From positions 1-47,290 of IMG/VR virus record IMGVR_UViG_3300030376_004479: a DNA stretch of 47,290 nucleotides; one strand, written 5' to 3'. Both the position numbers and the translations under genes were made by a program. Source of the DNA: a virus (Duplodnaviria > Caudoviricetes). The notes under the pieces are model-generated. The model was not told the origin of the DNA. It saw nothing but the letters and a program-made list of their open reading frames with translations, and made no database searches. This document shows positions 33,882-43,900 of this stretch, piece by piece; within the stretch, counting starts at the first letter, position 1, and each line of letters opens with the position of its first letter.

Positions 33882-34616
33882 ATGAAAGAAATAGAAGCCT
33901 TAAAAGGCAAGAAAGTTGCCATAGTAGCTATGGGAGCAAGCTGGCATGACTTTTGCCTAAGCAAGACACATAGCGCACATTTTGATGAAGTATGGGTAAT
34001 AAACTCTGTATCAGGAGTTATTTTTCATGATCGTGTATTTATGATGGATCCACCTGCTAGATTTTTAGATACTGAAGATGCATCTAATCAGACAGATATT
34101 ATGACTGATGTGCTTAAAAAACATAAAGGGCCTATCTATACTTGTGAGTTAGATGATAGATGTCCTGGTCTTGTAGAGTATCCAATAGAAGAAGTAGTAA
34201 AAAAAGGTAAAACTAATTATTTAAACAATACAGTAGCTTATGCTGTAGCCTTTGCATATTTAGCGGAAGTGGGTGAACTTAACTTGTATGGTGCAGATTT
34301 TAGCTATAAAAACAATCTACATTACGCTGAAGCAGGCAGAGCATGTGTCGAATATTGGTTAGCTAAATGTATAGAACAAGGCATGAAAGTTGGTGTAGCT
34401 AGTACATCACCTACTTTAGATGCTAACGTGCCGTCAGAAGAAAAACTCTACGGCTACCATAGGCTTTCAGACCCGTTACTAGTTATGACAGATGATAATG
34501 GTGAATATAAAACCATCAAAAGAAGTGAATATCTCAAACAAATCAAACAACCTGTATATGAGCCCATAATGGTTGGTAGACACGATCCTAGCCCACCTGA
34601 GCCAAATGTATGGTAG
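33882..34616 (+). CDS. Rossmann-like glycosyltransferase/MptE(DUF115)-like enzyme
   Basis: KKVAIVAMG, EVWVINSV, NTVAYAVAFA, LYGADFSY pattern. Confidence 0.5.
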   Translation: MKEIEALKGKKVAIVAMGASWHDFCLSKTHSAHFDEVWVINSVSGVIFHDRVFMMDPPARFLDTEDASNQTDIMTDVLKKHKGPIYTCELDDRCPGLVEYPIEEVVKKGKTNYLNNTVAYAVAFAYLAEVGELNLYGADFSYKNNLHYAEAGRACVEYWLAKCIEQGMKVGVASTSPTLDANVPSEEKLYGYHRLSDPLLVMTDDNGEYKTIKRSEYLKQIKQPVYEPIMVGRHDPSPPEPNVW

Positions 34617-34625
34617 AATTTCGTT

Positions 34626-35063
34626 ATGGCAATAACATCAACTTTAACTAATTCCTTTAAACAAGAGTTATTTAAAGGGATACATAACTTTGATCAAGGG
34701 GGATCACCCGACACTTTTAAGTTAGCTTTATTTACTAATGCAGCTACTCTAAATGCCTCAACAACAGCTTATAGTACCTCTAATGAGGTAACAGGAACAA
34801 ACTATACCGCTGGTGGCTCTGCTCTTACACTCAAGACTGGCACTCCTACTTTAGATGGTACAACAGCAGTAGTTGATTTTAATAATCTAACATTCTCAAA
34901 CGTTACGGTTACAGCAAGAGGAGCGCTAATATATAACAGTTCAGACTCAAATAAAGCCGTTGCAGTAATAGATTTTGGTGAAGATATAACAGCTACAGCT
35001 GGCGATCTTACAATTACATTCCCATCATCTGGTGCTTCAAATTCAATAATTAGGGTGTCATAA
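34626..35063 (+). CDS. Tail structural protein
   Basis: SFKQELFKG..FKLALF..NEVTGTNYTAGG..ARGALIYN..VAVIDFG. Confidence 0.65.
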   Translation: MAITSTLTNSFKQELFKGIHNFDQGGSPDTFKLALFTNAATLNASTTAYSTSNEVTGTNYTAGGSALTLKTGTPTLDGTTAVVDFNNLTFSNVTVTARGALIYNSSDSNKAVAVIDFGEDITATAGDLTITFPSSGASNSIIRVS

Positions 35064-35070
35064 TAGAAAA

Positions 35071-36057
35071 ATGGCTACATACAATAACAATCTCAGAATA
35101 AAAGAAATAGCAACAGGAGCCGAAGCTGGGTCTTGGGGCTCATCAACCAACACAAACCTTAGTCTTATAGGTGATGCTTTAGGTTATGCAACAGAAGCTA
35201 CCTTCAATACTGATGCAAATAAATCAGTAACAGTTGGAGATGCAACGGTTAGTCCGTATAGAAGCATATATGTCAAAGTAACCTCATCAGCTACTCTTTC
35301 AGCTACAAGAGATTTAACAATAGGCCCTAATACTATTAAGCGTGTCATGTTTATAGAAAATGCTACTACAGGCGGACAATCTATTGTTGTTAAGCAAGGA
35401 TCAGGAGCAAGCGTCACTATTACAAATGGCTCTGTCATGTGTGTACTTTTAGATGGAGCTGGCGCAGGAGCAGCAGTTGTATCAGTCTTTACAGATTTTG
35501 TAGCAACCGATTCAGTAAAAATTACAGGTACAACACCAACTCTGACATTAGGAGATGGAGATGCTGAAGATGTAAAAATAGTTTTTGATGGTAATGCTCA
35601 AGACTTTTATATCGGCCTAGATGATAGTGGAGATGATTTATTAATCGGAAGAGGGTCTACAGTTGGCACTACAAGCCAAATAAATATCAATAATGACGGA
35701 ACGACGAGTTTCTCTAATAGTGTTAATAGTAACAACGGTTCTATAACTTTATTAGATTCTTCATACGCTATTAATGTTTTCAAATCAGCTGGTGGTGAAA
35801 TGTTAAACCTAGCATCAGACGGCGGCTCTAATGGTACATATATGAGATTAGATACTGATAACTCAGCACCAATAAAAATAGGTAGTGCAGAAACTGGAGC
35901 ATTCCAATACTATCACAACAACGTCTTGAGAGCTGAATTCGAGGCTGATGGGGATTTAAGATTACATACTGCTGGTAAAGGTATTATGTTGAAATCACCT
36001 GATGGGTCAAACTTCCTATTAACTGTTTCAAATGCAGGCGCTTTGGTTATCGGCTAA
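35071..36057 (+). CDS. Tail fibre / tail attachment protein
   Basis: N-terminal LRIKEIATG..GSWG..TNTNL anchor; beta-rich body. Confidence 0.6.
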   Translation: MATYNNNLRIKEIATGAEAGSWGSSTNTNLSLIGDALGYATEATFNTDANKSVTVGDATVSPYRSIYVKVTSSATLSATRDLTIGPNTIKRVMFIENATTGGQSIVVKQGSGASVTITNGSVMCVLLDGAGAGAAVVSVFTDFVATDSVKITGTTPTLTLGDGDAEDVKIVFDGNAQDFYIGLDDSGDDLLIGRGSTVGTTSQININNDGTTSFSNSVNSNNGSITLLDSSYAINVFKSAGGEMLNLASDGGSNGTYMRLDTDNSAPIKIGSAETGAFQYYHNNVLRAEFEADGDLRLHTAGKGIMLKSPDGSNFLLTVSNAGALVIG

Positions 36058-36078
36058 ATTTCTTGTATAATCTTTCTT

Positions 36079-36282
36079 ATGGATGAAAAGCAATTTTTAA
36101 TTATAGCGTATCAACTTATTGAGGTATCTTTGCAAAGAGGTGCTATCAAAGGTGAAGAATTAGAAGTCATCAATCAGATGAGAAAACATGTAACTGCGAA
36201 GCTAAAAGAAATGCAAGAACCAGTTGCTGAATCTGTTGGTGAACTAGTAGAAGAAAAATCAGAAGATAAAGAGGAGAAATAA
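36079..36282 (+). CDS. Hypothetical protein
   Basis: 67 aa; LIEVSLQRGAIKGEEL. Confidence 0.55.
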   Translation: MDEKQFLIIAYQLIEVSLQRGAIKGEELEVINQMRKHVTAKLKEMQEPVAESVGELVEEKSEDKEEK

Positions 36283-36377
36283 TGGAATATATTATTGTTG
36301 CAATTATTGTGGGTGTTATTGGTTACATGTGGGTATCTAAAAACAAACCTGAGTGGCTAAAAAAACTTAAAAAATAG
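36282..36377 (+). CDS. 31-aa membrane peptide (not in ORF track)
   Basis: MEYIIVAIIVGVIGYMWVSKNKPEWLKKLKK; GAGGAG RBS. Confidence 0.55.
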   Translation: MEYIIVAIIVGVIGYMWVSKNKPEWLKKLKK

Positions 36378-36598
36378 TGGCCAGAAAAACAGCAGCAGAT
36401 GTTCATCTAGAGTTATCTGTACATCAAAAAGAAAGTGCAGAGAGATGGAAGACTGCTTTTAACAAGTTCGTAGATATAGAACTTGAAATAAAAGAATTAC
36501 AACAAAAAGTTTCAGGTGGATTAACTACACTTATAGTTTTGCTGGTGGGTTTAATCTGTAGTGTAGCCGCCTTATTAATAGAGAGTTTACTTATATGA
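36377..36598 (+). CDS. Coiled-coil plus C-terminal TM protein (XhlA/holin-like)
   Basis: HQKESAERW coiled coil and hydrophobic C-terminus, directly upstream of lysozyme. Confidence 0.5.
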   Translation: MARKTAADVHLELSVHQKESAERWKTAFNKFVDIELEIKELQQKVSGGLTTLIVLLVGLICSVAALLIESLLI

Positions 36599-37041
36599 GC
36601 GCAGAAACATTAGAAAGCAAAGTAAGTCACATGTTAAGAATACATGAAGGCTTTGTATCACACGCCTACGAAGATTCTACTCCTGAAAAATACCTTACTA
36701 TCGGCTACGGTAGACTTATAGATGAAAGATTAGGAGGCGGTATATCTCAAGATGAAGCTGACTATCTTCTAACTAATGATATAAAAAACTGTATAAAGAT
36801 CTTAACATCAAGAATTGAGTGCTTCGACAGCCTATCAGAAACTAGAAAAATAGTTCTAATCAATATGTATTTTAATCTAGGTAATAGATTGTTTAAATTT
36901 AAAAACATGTTGTTTGCCTTACATGCTAAAGACTACGACGAAGTAGCAGTACAAATGCTTGATAGCAAATGGGCTGAACAAGTCAAGGGCAGAGCTAATG
37001 AGTTAGCTGGCATGATGAAAACAGACGTATACCACGGTTAA
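36595..37041 (+). CDS. Phage lysozyme / endolysin (GH24, T4-lysozyme-like)
   Basis: HEG..AYED..TIGYG catalytic E/D/T; NMYFNLG; MLDSKWAEQV..RA. Confidence 0.85.
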   Translation: MSAETLESKVSHMLRIHEGFVSHAYEDSTPEKYLTIGYGRLIDERLGGGISQDEADYLLTNDIKNCIKILTSRIECFDSLSETRKIVLINMYFNLGNRLFKFKNMLFALHAKDYDEVAVQMLDSKWAEQVKGRANELAGMMKTDVYHG

Positions 37042-37090
37042 CACCAAATCTAGCTATAATATTAACTTCGAGATAGAATATCTTTAAGTT

Positions 37091-38986
37091 ATGGCTATTC
37101 AGAAATTATCCTTTGCTCCAGGTATAGACAGAGAAGGAACCGCTTACGATTCAGAAGGCGGTTGGTTTGATTGTAATTTAGTACGGTTTAGAGCAGGTAG
37201 ACCAGAGAAGTTTGGTGGTTGGGAAGCACAACCTTCTACTGCTACTAAGATAGAATATCTTGGTACGGTAAGAGCCCTGCACAATTGGATAGCAAACGAC
37301 GGCACTAAATTTCTAGGCTTAGGTTCAAATCTTAAATATTACATATATGACACAAGTGCATTTAATGACATCACACCTATAAGAAACACGACAGCAGCAG
37401 GAGATGTTACTTTTGCCAAAGTTGGAAATGGAGATGCAACGATTACTGTTACAGATACCGACCACGGTTGTGTTTTAAACGATTTCGTTACTTTTTCTGG
37501 CGCAGTATCTTTAGGTGGTAATATTACAGCTGCTGTTCTCAATCAAGAGTATCAAGTCTCAGAAATAGTAAATGCAAATAGTTTTCGTATAGAAGCAAAA
37601 GATACTAGTGGTAACGCTGTTTTAGCTAATTCCTCAGATACAGGTAATGGTGGTTCAAATACTGTTGGTGCATATCAGATCAACGTTGGGCTAGATGTTT
37701 TTGTTGCAGGTGTAGGTTATGGTGCAAGCACTTGGGGCGGAGGTGGTTGGGGTGGCTCATCTACACTATCTTCAGTCAATCAATTGCGTTTGTGGACACA
37801 TGATAATTTTGGACAGAATCTAATTATCAATCCTAGAGGCGGTCAAATATATAGATGGCAACCATCATCTGGAGTAGGCACAAGAGCTACTTTATTATCA
37901 GCTATAGGTGGCGCTAACAAAGTGCCGACCAAGGGCTTGCAAGTCATAACTTCAGAAACAGATAGACATTTGATTGTTTTGGGTGCTGATCCGCTATCAG
38001 GTGGTAATAGAACAGGGGTAGTTGACCCTATGTTAGTTGCATTTAGTGATCAAGAAAATGAGCTACAATTCGAACCTTTGACTACAAATACAGCTGGTTC
38101 TGTCAGATTATCCTCAGGTTCTCAGATAGTTGGTGGCGTTAAATCAAGACAAGAAATAGTTATATTTACTGATACTTCTGTATATAGTATGCAGTTTGTT
38201 GGTCCACCTTTTACATTTGCAGTAAACCTTATTGATAATTCAACTGGCTTGATAGGCCCTAAAGCAGCTGTAACTGCTCCTGGGGGAGTTTATTTCATGT
38301 CTTACGATAGTTTTTACGTTTATAGTGGTGGAGTACAGAAACTGTCTTGTAGCGTTAAGAACTATGTATTTAGAGATGATGAAAATGGTTTGAATGTGAA
38401 TCAAGCCTACAAAGTTTTTGGTTTTACAAATAAAGAACATAATGAAGTAGGTTGGTTTTACCCTTCTAAAAAAGAAGGTGTAAACGATAACGAAGAAATT
38501 AATCGTTATGTAATTTATAACTACGCTACAAATATTTGGTATTACGGACAGTTGGTGAGGACTGCTTGGTTAGACTCTGGTGTCGAATCATTCCCACAAG
38601 CCGTTGGCGCTCCATACTTATACGAACATGAGACTGGCTTCAACGACGACGGATCAGAAATGACTGGTGTGTTTATAGAGTCGTCAGACTTAGACTTAGG
38701 TGATGGAGAAAGTTTTGCTTTTCTAAGTAAAATAATTCCTGATATTAAGTTTATAGAAAGTGGTAATCTCAAAATGATTACTAAGCAAAGAAATTATCCA
38801 GGCGATTCTTTAGCACAAACGTCAAGTTCAGTTATCTCTCCAACTACACAACAAGCATTTATTAGGTCAAGAGGCAGACAATTTGTGTTACGTCTAGAAT
38901 CGAATGATGGTGATTCTGGCAATAATGATGTTGGATGGAGGTTAGGGGCGACAAGACTAGATCTTAGAACCGACGGGAGAAGATAA
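37091..38986 (+). CDS. Tail stabilisation / nozzle protein (P22 gp10 / T7 gp12-like beta-propeller)
   Basis: 631 aa; VRFRAGRPEKFGGW, AFSDQEN, TNTAGS, EVGWFYPS; C-terminal RGRQ..WRLG..DGRR. Confidence 0.7.
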   Translation: MAIQKLSFAPGIDREGTAYDSEGGWFDCNLVRFRAGRPEKFGGWEAQPSTATKIEYLGTVRALHNWIANDGTKFLGLGSNLKYYIYDTSAFNDITPIRNTTAAGDVTFAKVGNGDATITVTDTDHGCVLNDFVTFSGAVSLGGNITAAVLNQEYQVSEIVNANSFRIEAKDTSGNAVLANSSDTGNGGSNTVGAYQINVGLDVFVAGVGYGASTWGGGGWGGSSTLSSVNQLRLWTHDNFGQNLIINPRGGQIYRWQPSSGVGTRATLLSAIGGANKVPTKGLQVITSETDRHLIVLGADPLSGGNRTGVVDPMLVAFSDQENELQFEPLTTNTAGSVRLSSGSQIVGGVKSRQEIVIFTDTSVYSMQFVGPPFTFAVNLIDNSTGLIGPKAAVTAPGGVYFMSYDSFYVYSGGVQKLSCSVKNYVFRDDENGLNVNQAYKVFGFTNKEHNEVGWFYPSKKEGVNDNEEINRYVIYNYATNIWYYGQLVRTAWLDSGVESFPQAVGAPYLYEHETGFNDDGSEMTGVFIESSDLDLGDGESFAFLSKIIPDIKFIESGNLKMITKQRNYPGDSLAQTSSSVISPTTQQAFIRSRGRQFVLRLESNDGDSGNNDVGWRLGATRLDLRTDGRR

Positions 38987-38988
38987 GG

Positions 38989-40962
38989 GTGGCTAAACTC
39001 TTACAAACCAACTTACCCTTTGCTACAGGGCCAAATGTAACAGCTGAAACGTTTAATCAGCTCGTTAGAACACTAGAAATAAACTTAGGGTCTATTGATC
39101 CTGATAACACTTTACAACTTACTACAGCCGAAAGAGACGAGCTCAACTTCAATATTGGGCAGATTATCTATAACACTACAACCACTACACTTCAGTATTG
39201 GGATGGTACAAACTTTCAAAACATATCAGCATTAGGTGCCGTTAACCTAAATGTATCTGACGGTAGTGCAACTATCGGTATTAACCTTGGCACACAAACT
39301 CTATCTCTTATAGGTGGTACAGGCATAACATCTAATGCATCAGGGACTTCAGTTACCTTTGCTATTGATAATACGGTTGCTACTCTGACAGGGACGCAAA
39401 CCCTTACAAATAAGACTCTTACAAGCCCTACCTTAACTAGTCCTGTTCTGAACGGTACTTTGTCAGGTTCTGCCTTCTTAGATGAAGACAATATGGCTAG
39501 TAACTCTGCAACAGCAGTAGCCTCACAACAATCAATCAAAGCATATGTCGATAGCCAGGTAACAGCACAAGACTTAGATATAAGCGACGGTAGTGCAACT
39601 ATTGCAATTGATTTAGATACAGAAACCCTATCATTACTTGGCGGTACTGGTCTTACATCAACAGCCTCAGGTAATGGTGTAACTTTTGCTATAGATAGTA
39701 CTGTTGCAACCTTAACAGGAACACAAACACTTACTAATAAAACATTATCTAGTCCTGTATTGAATGGAACACTATCAGGTACAGCTTTTAAAGATGAAGA
39801 TAACATGTCTAGTAACTCAGCGACAGCAGTTGCTAGTCAGCAATCAATTAAAGCTTATGTAGACAGTCAGGTAGGTACAGTTGATACCCTAGCTGAGATT
39901 CTAGCTAACGGTAATACAACAGGTGGTACTGATATAGCCGTATCTGCTAATGATGATATTACCTTTACCGATAGCAGTAAGGCTTTGTTTGGTAATGGTG
40001 GGGATTTTCAAATATTCCACAACGCTACTAATAACGTTTTAAATGGGGTAAATGGCGATACAGTCTTTCAATTATCTGGTGCTGAAAAAGCCAGATTTTC
40101 ATCAACAGGTCTTTCAGTATCAGGTGCTGTAGGTATAACTGGTAGTTACAATACCTCTTTAGGAGCCTATCAGGTTGGCAGTCAAACTGTAATAACTAAT
40201 GGTAGAAACATTACGAATGTTGTTAATGTCACAACGTCTGGACAAACTATTCTTGGGAGTGGCACAACTAATGCACAATCTTCTGACAAATTATATATAG
40301 GTGGAAGTGGCTTAAGTAGTGCTGATGCTGCAATTTATTTTGGTAATAATGGTGGTGGCTCAGGAGTTGGTTGGAGATTTTTCTACGAAGGTTCAGGTAA
40401 TGGAAATCTTAATAAGTTAATAATTAGATCAGAAAATTTAGGAAGTCCTGTAGATGCTTTAGCATTTACTCAAGATGGTAATGCTGTTTTTGCAGGCACC
40501 ATTACATCTGGGGCCATAACATCCTCAGGCTTGGTAACAGCAGACGAACTGAGTGTTACTAATGATTCAACTTTTAATGGTGATTTAGATGCATCTGGTC
40601 AGTCTGTCAACGCAGCTAATTTTGGTATAGGTACTGTAGCTACTGTTGGATCTAGCTCTGCAACCACATCTGCAACCACACAAGTAGCGGTTGATACTGT
40701 TTCTAAAACAGCATTTAGAACCGTTAAGTATTTAGTGCAGATAACTAATTCAACAGATAATGAATATCATGCTACAGAGATACTAGTAACACATGATGGC
40801 ACTACGCCGAGTATGACTGAATATGCTACTATATTTACAGGTACTGCCGAGGAAGCAACGTTTAGTGCAGACATATCAGGTAGTAATTTAAGGCTATTAG
40901 CGACACCTGCCTCGACTGATAGCATGACATTTAAAATTACCAGGACAGGTATAAAGGTATAG
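38989..40962 (+). CDS. Tail fibre protein with internal duplication
   Basis: TQTLTNKTL and SQQSIKAYVD fibre motifs; T/S/G-rich. Confidence 0.75.
   Translation: MAKLLQTNLPFATGPNVTAETFNQLVRTLEINLGSIDPDNTLQLTTAERDELNFNIGQIIYNTTTTTLQYWDGTNFQNISALGAVNLNVSDGSATIGINLGTQTLSLIGGTGITSNASGTSVTFAIDNTVATLTGTQTLTNKTLTSPTLTSPVLNGTLSGSAFLDEDNMASNSATAVASQQSIKAYVDSQVTAQDLDISDGSATIAIDLDTETLSLLGGTGLTSTASGNGVTFAIDSTVATLTGTQTLTNKTLSSPVLNGTLSGTAFKDEDNMSSNSATAVASQQSIKAYVDSQVGTVDTLAEILANGNTTGGTDIAVSANDDITFTDSSKALFGNGGDFQIFHNATNNVLNGVNGDTVFQLSGAEKARFSSTGLSVSGAVGITGSYNTSLGAYQVGSQTVITNGRNITNVVNVTTSGQTILGSGTTNAQSSDKLYIGGSGLSSADAAIYFGNNGGGSGVGWRFFYEGSGNGNLNKLIIRSENLGSPVDALAFTQDGNAVFAGTITSGAITSSGLVTADELSVTNDSTFNGDLDASGQSVNAANFGIGTVATVGSSSATTSATTQVAVDTVSKTAFRTVKYLVQITNSTDNEYHATEILVTHDGTTPSMTEYATIFTGTAEEATFSADISGSNLRLLATPASTDSMTFKITRTGIKV
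39247..39873 (+). repeat. Tandem duplication of a ~100-105-aa fibre module (period 327 nt)
   Basis: LNVSDGSAT..KAYVDSQV (39247-39561) versus LDISDGSAT..KAYVDSQV (39574-39873). Confidence 0.85.
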
Positions 40963-40978
40963 CGATTGGATAGGGAAG

Positions 40979-43900
40979 ATGGCTAACAATAAAGACTTTA
41001 GAGTAAAGAACAATCTATTTGTAAAAGGACTAGGAACAAGTACGTTCTCTGGTGATGTCTCTGTTGGCGATACTATAACAGTCCAAGGTGCAGCCACATT
41101 CCAAGATGATGTTAATTTTAATGGTGCTTTTAACCCTGTAAGCATAAATGCATCAGGCAACGTCGTAATAGGTGGTAACTTAACGGTTAACGGTACAACC
41201 ACAACCGTTGATACCAACAATCTTAACGTTAAAGACAAAAACATAACACTTAACTACTCTACAGGTGATAGCTCTGCCTTGGCTAATGGTGCTGGAATTA
41301 CCATACAAGATGCGGTTAATTCAACGACAGATGCAACTATTTTGTGGGATAGTGCGAATGATAAATTTGATTTTTCTCACAGAATAAATAGTCCGAGTGC
41401 GAGTATTGCAGATGGTATTTTTGTAGGCTCAACATCAGGTGCTAGTGGTTCATTAGGTGAAGCAGGTATTGTTATTAATATATCTGCAAAACCACAAATA
41501 CTATTTGATGGGGGTAGTGATAGCACTTTAGATATTGCAGTGCCAACAGGAGAGTTATTGCAGATTGGTCATTGGGACACTTCTGCCAATAGTGCAGTCT
41601 TGCAAATGTCAATGGAAAGTGATGGCGACTTCAGTTTTGAAGGCAACAATATACAGGGCATAAGTAATGTAAGCACAAGCACAATCACTTCTACTAGCCA
41701 TATAACAATAACTGGTGATAATAAACAGTTAAAATTTACAGGGACTGCTGGCCCATTGGGTTTAGAGTTTGGTGACACTGAAGCCAATCCTAACTTTAGA
41801 GTTTATTACCGAACCACTCCAAACACTTTGACCTTTGAAAATAATGCTTCATCTGCCAAGCATACTTTTGATTTAAGTGGTAACTATACTTCAACAGGAG
41901 ATATAACTTCTGGTGGTGCTATTACGAGTAGTGGTGTTGTACAACTCACAAGTGGTAATGACATATATCTTAATAACGCAGGCTACGATGGTTCAGGAAC
42001 TCACGCAGCTTTAAGATGGTTCTCAACAGGTTCAGCTCAAAGAAAAGCAGCAGATATTATTACTGCTGAAGCTGACAGTTTTGCAAGGTCAGACTTATTA
42101 TTTAGAACTCAATCTGGCACTTCCAATGCTGACCCTACTGAGGTTATGCGAGTTACACACGACAATCTTGTAGGAATAGCAACTCAGTCACCAAGTGAGA
42201 AGCTTCATATAAATGGTGGTAGTAGTGATGTTGCCTTACGAATAGATACCACAAATGCCGACCCAAAAATCAGACTAACAACACTAGGACAACAGGATTG
42301 GACAATAGGAATAGATCATTCTGATGGTGGCAAACTAAAAATATGCGAAAGTGGAACTGTTGGAACGCTTACTGCCCTTACTATTGACGCTGCAAGAGAT
42401 GCTTTTTTTGAAGGCAACATATCAATAAATGATAACAAAGCAATAGGTATAGGAACCGCAAATGACATGCTCATTAAACATGACGGTTCTAATACTATAT
42501 TTAGAGAACAAGGTGACGGTAATGTAATTTTTGAAGTTACTGATGCAACCATACAGTTTAAAAAAGGTACAACTGAGACACTAGCAGAGTTTATACCTGA
42601 TAGTGGTGCACTTCTATACCACGATACTGTTTTGAAGTTTGCTACTACATCTGACGGTTCTTCTACTACAGGCAATCACAACGCTACTGGCTATAGACTT
42701 TCTGGGCAACAAATAATAGACAGCGCTAGAAACCTAATCAGTATTGCATCAATAAACGTTGATGGTAGTGCTAAATCTGTATTCACAAACACATCTAATT
42801 CAAGTATTGATTTGTCAAGCGGTACAAGTGGTGCTTTACAAATTGGTACAGCTTCATCAACAGTATTTGCAACTATTGCTGGTCGTCAAACAAATACTAC
42901 TCAATCAGGATTAGGTTTTTATTCTGCTACTGCTGATGGCAATACATCTGCTGTTGGAGATATGCACTTTAATGTTAGAGAAAATAACAATTCAACTTTT
43001 GCAACTTTAACTAAAAAAGCCTTTGTATGGACACATTTTACGAGTGAGTTAATGCATCTCACAAGATCAGGAAATCTATCCGTTGCAGGAACTATCTCTA
43101 GTGGTGCTATTACATCTTCTGGAACTATTACAAGTACAGGTAATGGTGTAACAAATGTAATGAGCTTTAGTGATAGAGGGATATTCGGTACAACATCAAA
43201 TCACCCAGTAGAAATTAGAGCAAATGGAGCTGAGGCCATAAGAATAGACACCTCTCAACGAGTAGGTATTAATAATCAATCACCATCAAGCACTTTAGAT
43301 GTTATCGGTAATGCTGAATTTGTTTTAACTAATAACTCAAATCAAGGTTTCAAAATTACACAAACCGATAATATACCAGGGCAAAACATTAACACTTTGT
43401 ACATAGATCACAACTGTTCTGGTTCTGATACTTTCTCTGGTGACTTTACCCATAGGGGTATTCTTGTGGATTTAGATTCATCAGCTACAGGTGGTGGTAC
43501 AACAGAAGAACACAGAATAACTGCAATAGAGGGTGATGCAAGAGCATCAGGAGATAGTGATGCCATCAGAGGTGTACGAGGTTTAGCAGAATCTCAACAT
43601 TCAACAGGGATTGTTACTAGTGTCTATGGGTTAGATGGAGTTGCGATTGCTGATGAAACAAACACAGCAAGAACAACAACCATCTATGGTGTTCATGGAC
43701 TTGCACAATATCAAGGTACTGGTACAGGTGGGGTGACAGGTGCTTATGGCGTTTATGGTAAGGTTTTACATAGTACAGCTAGTGATAAAAGTAATGTTGG
43801 TGCTTCATCAGGGGTTTATGCAGAAATTGAAATTGATAACCCTGGCCAGAGCCAAACACTAACCAATAATCAAAGAGTTATTTATTCAATCTTTGACAAC

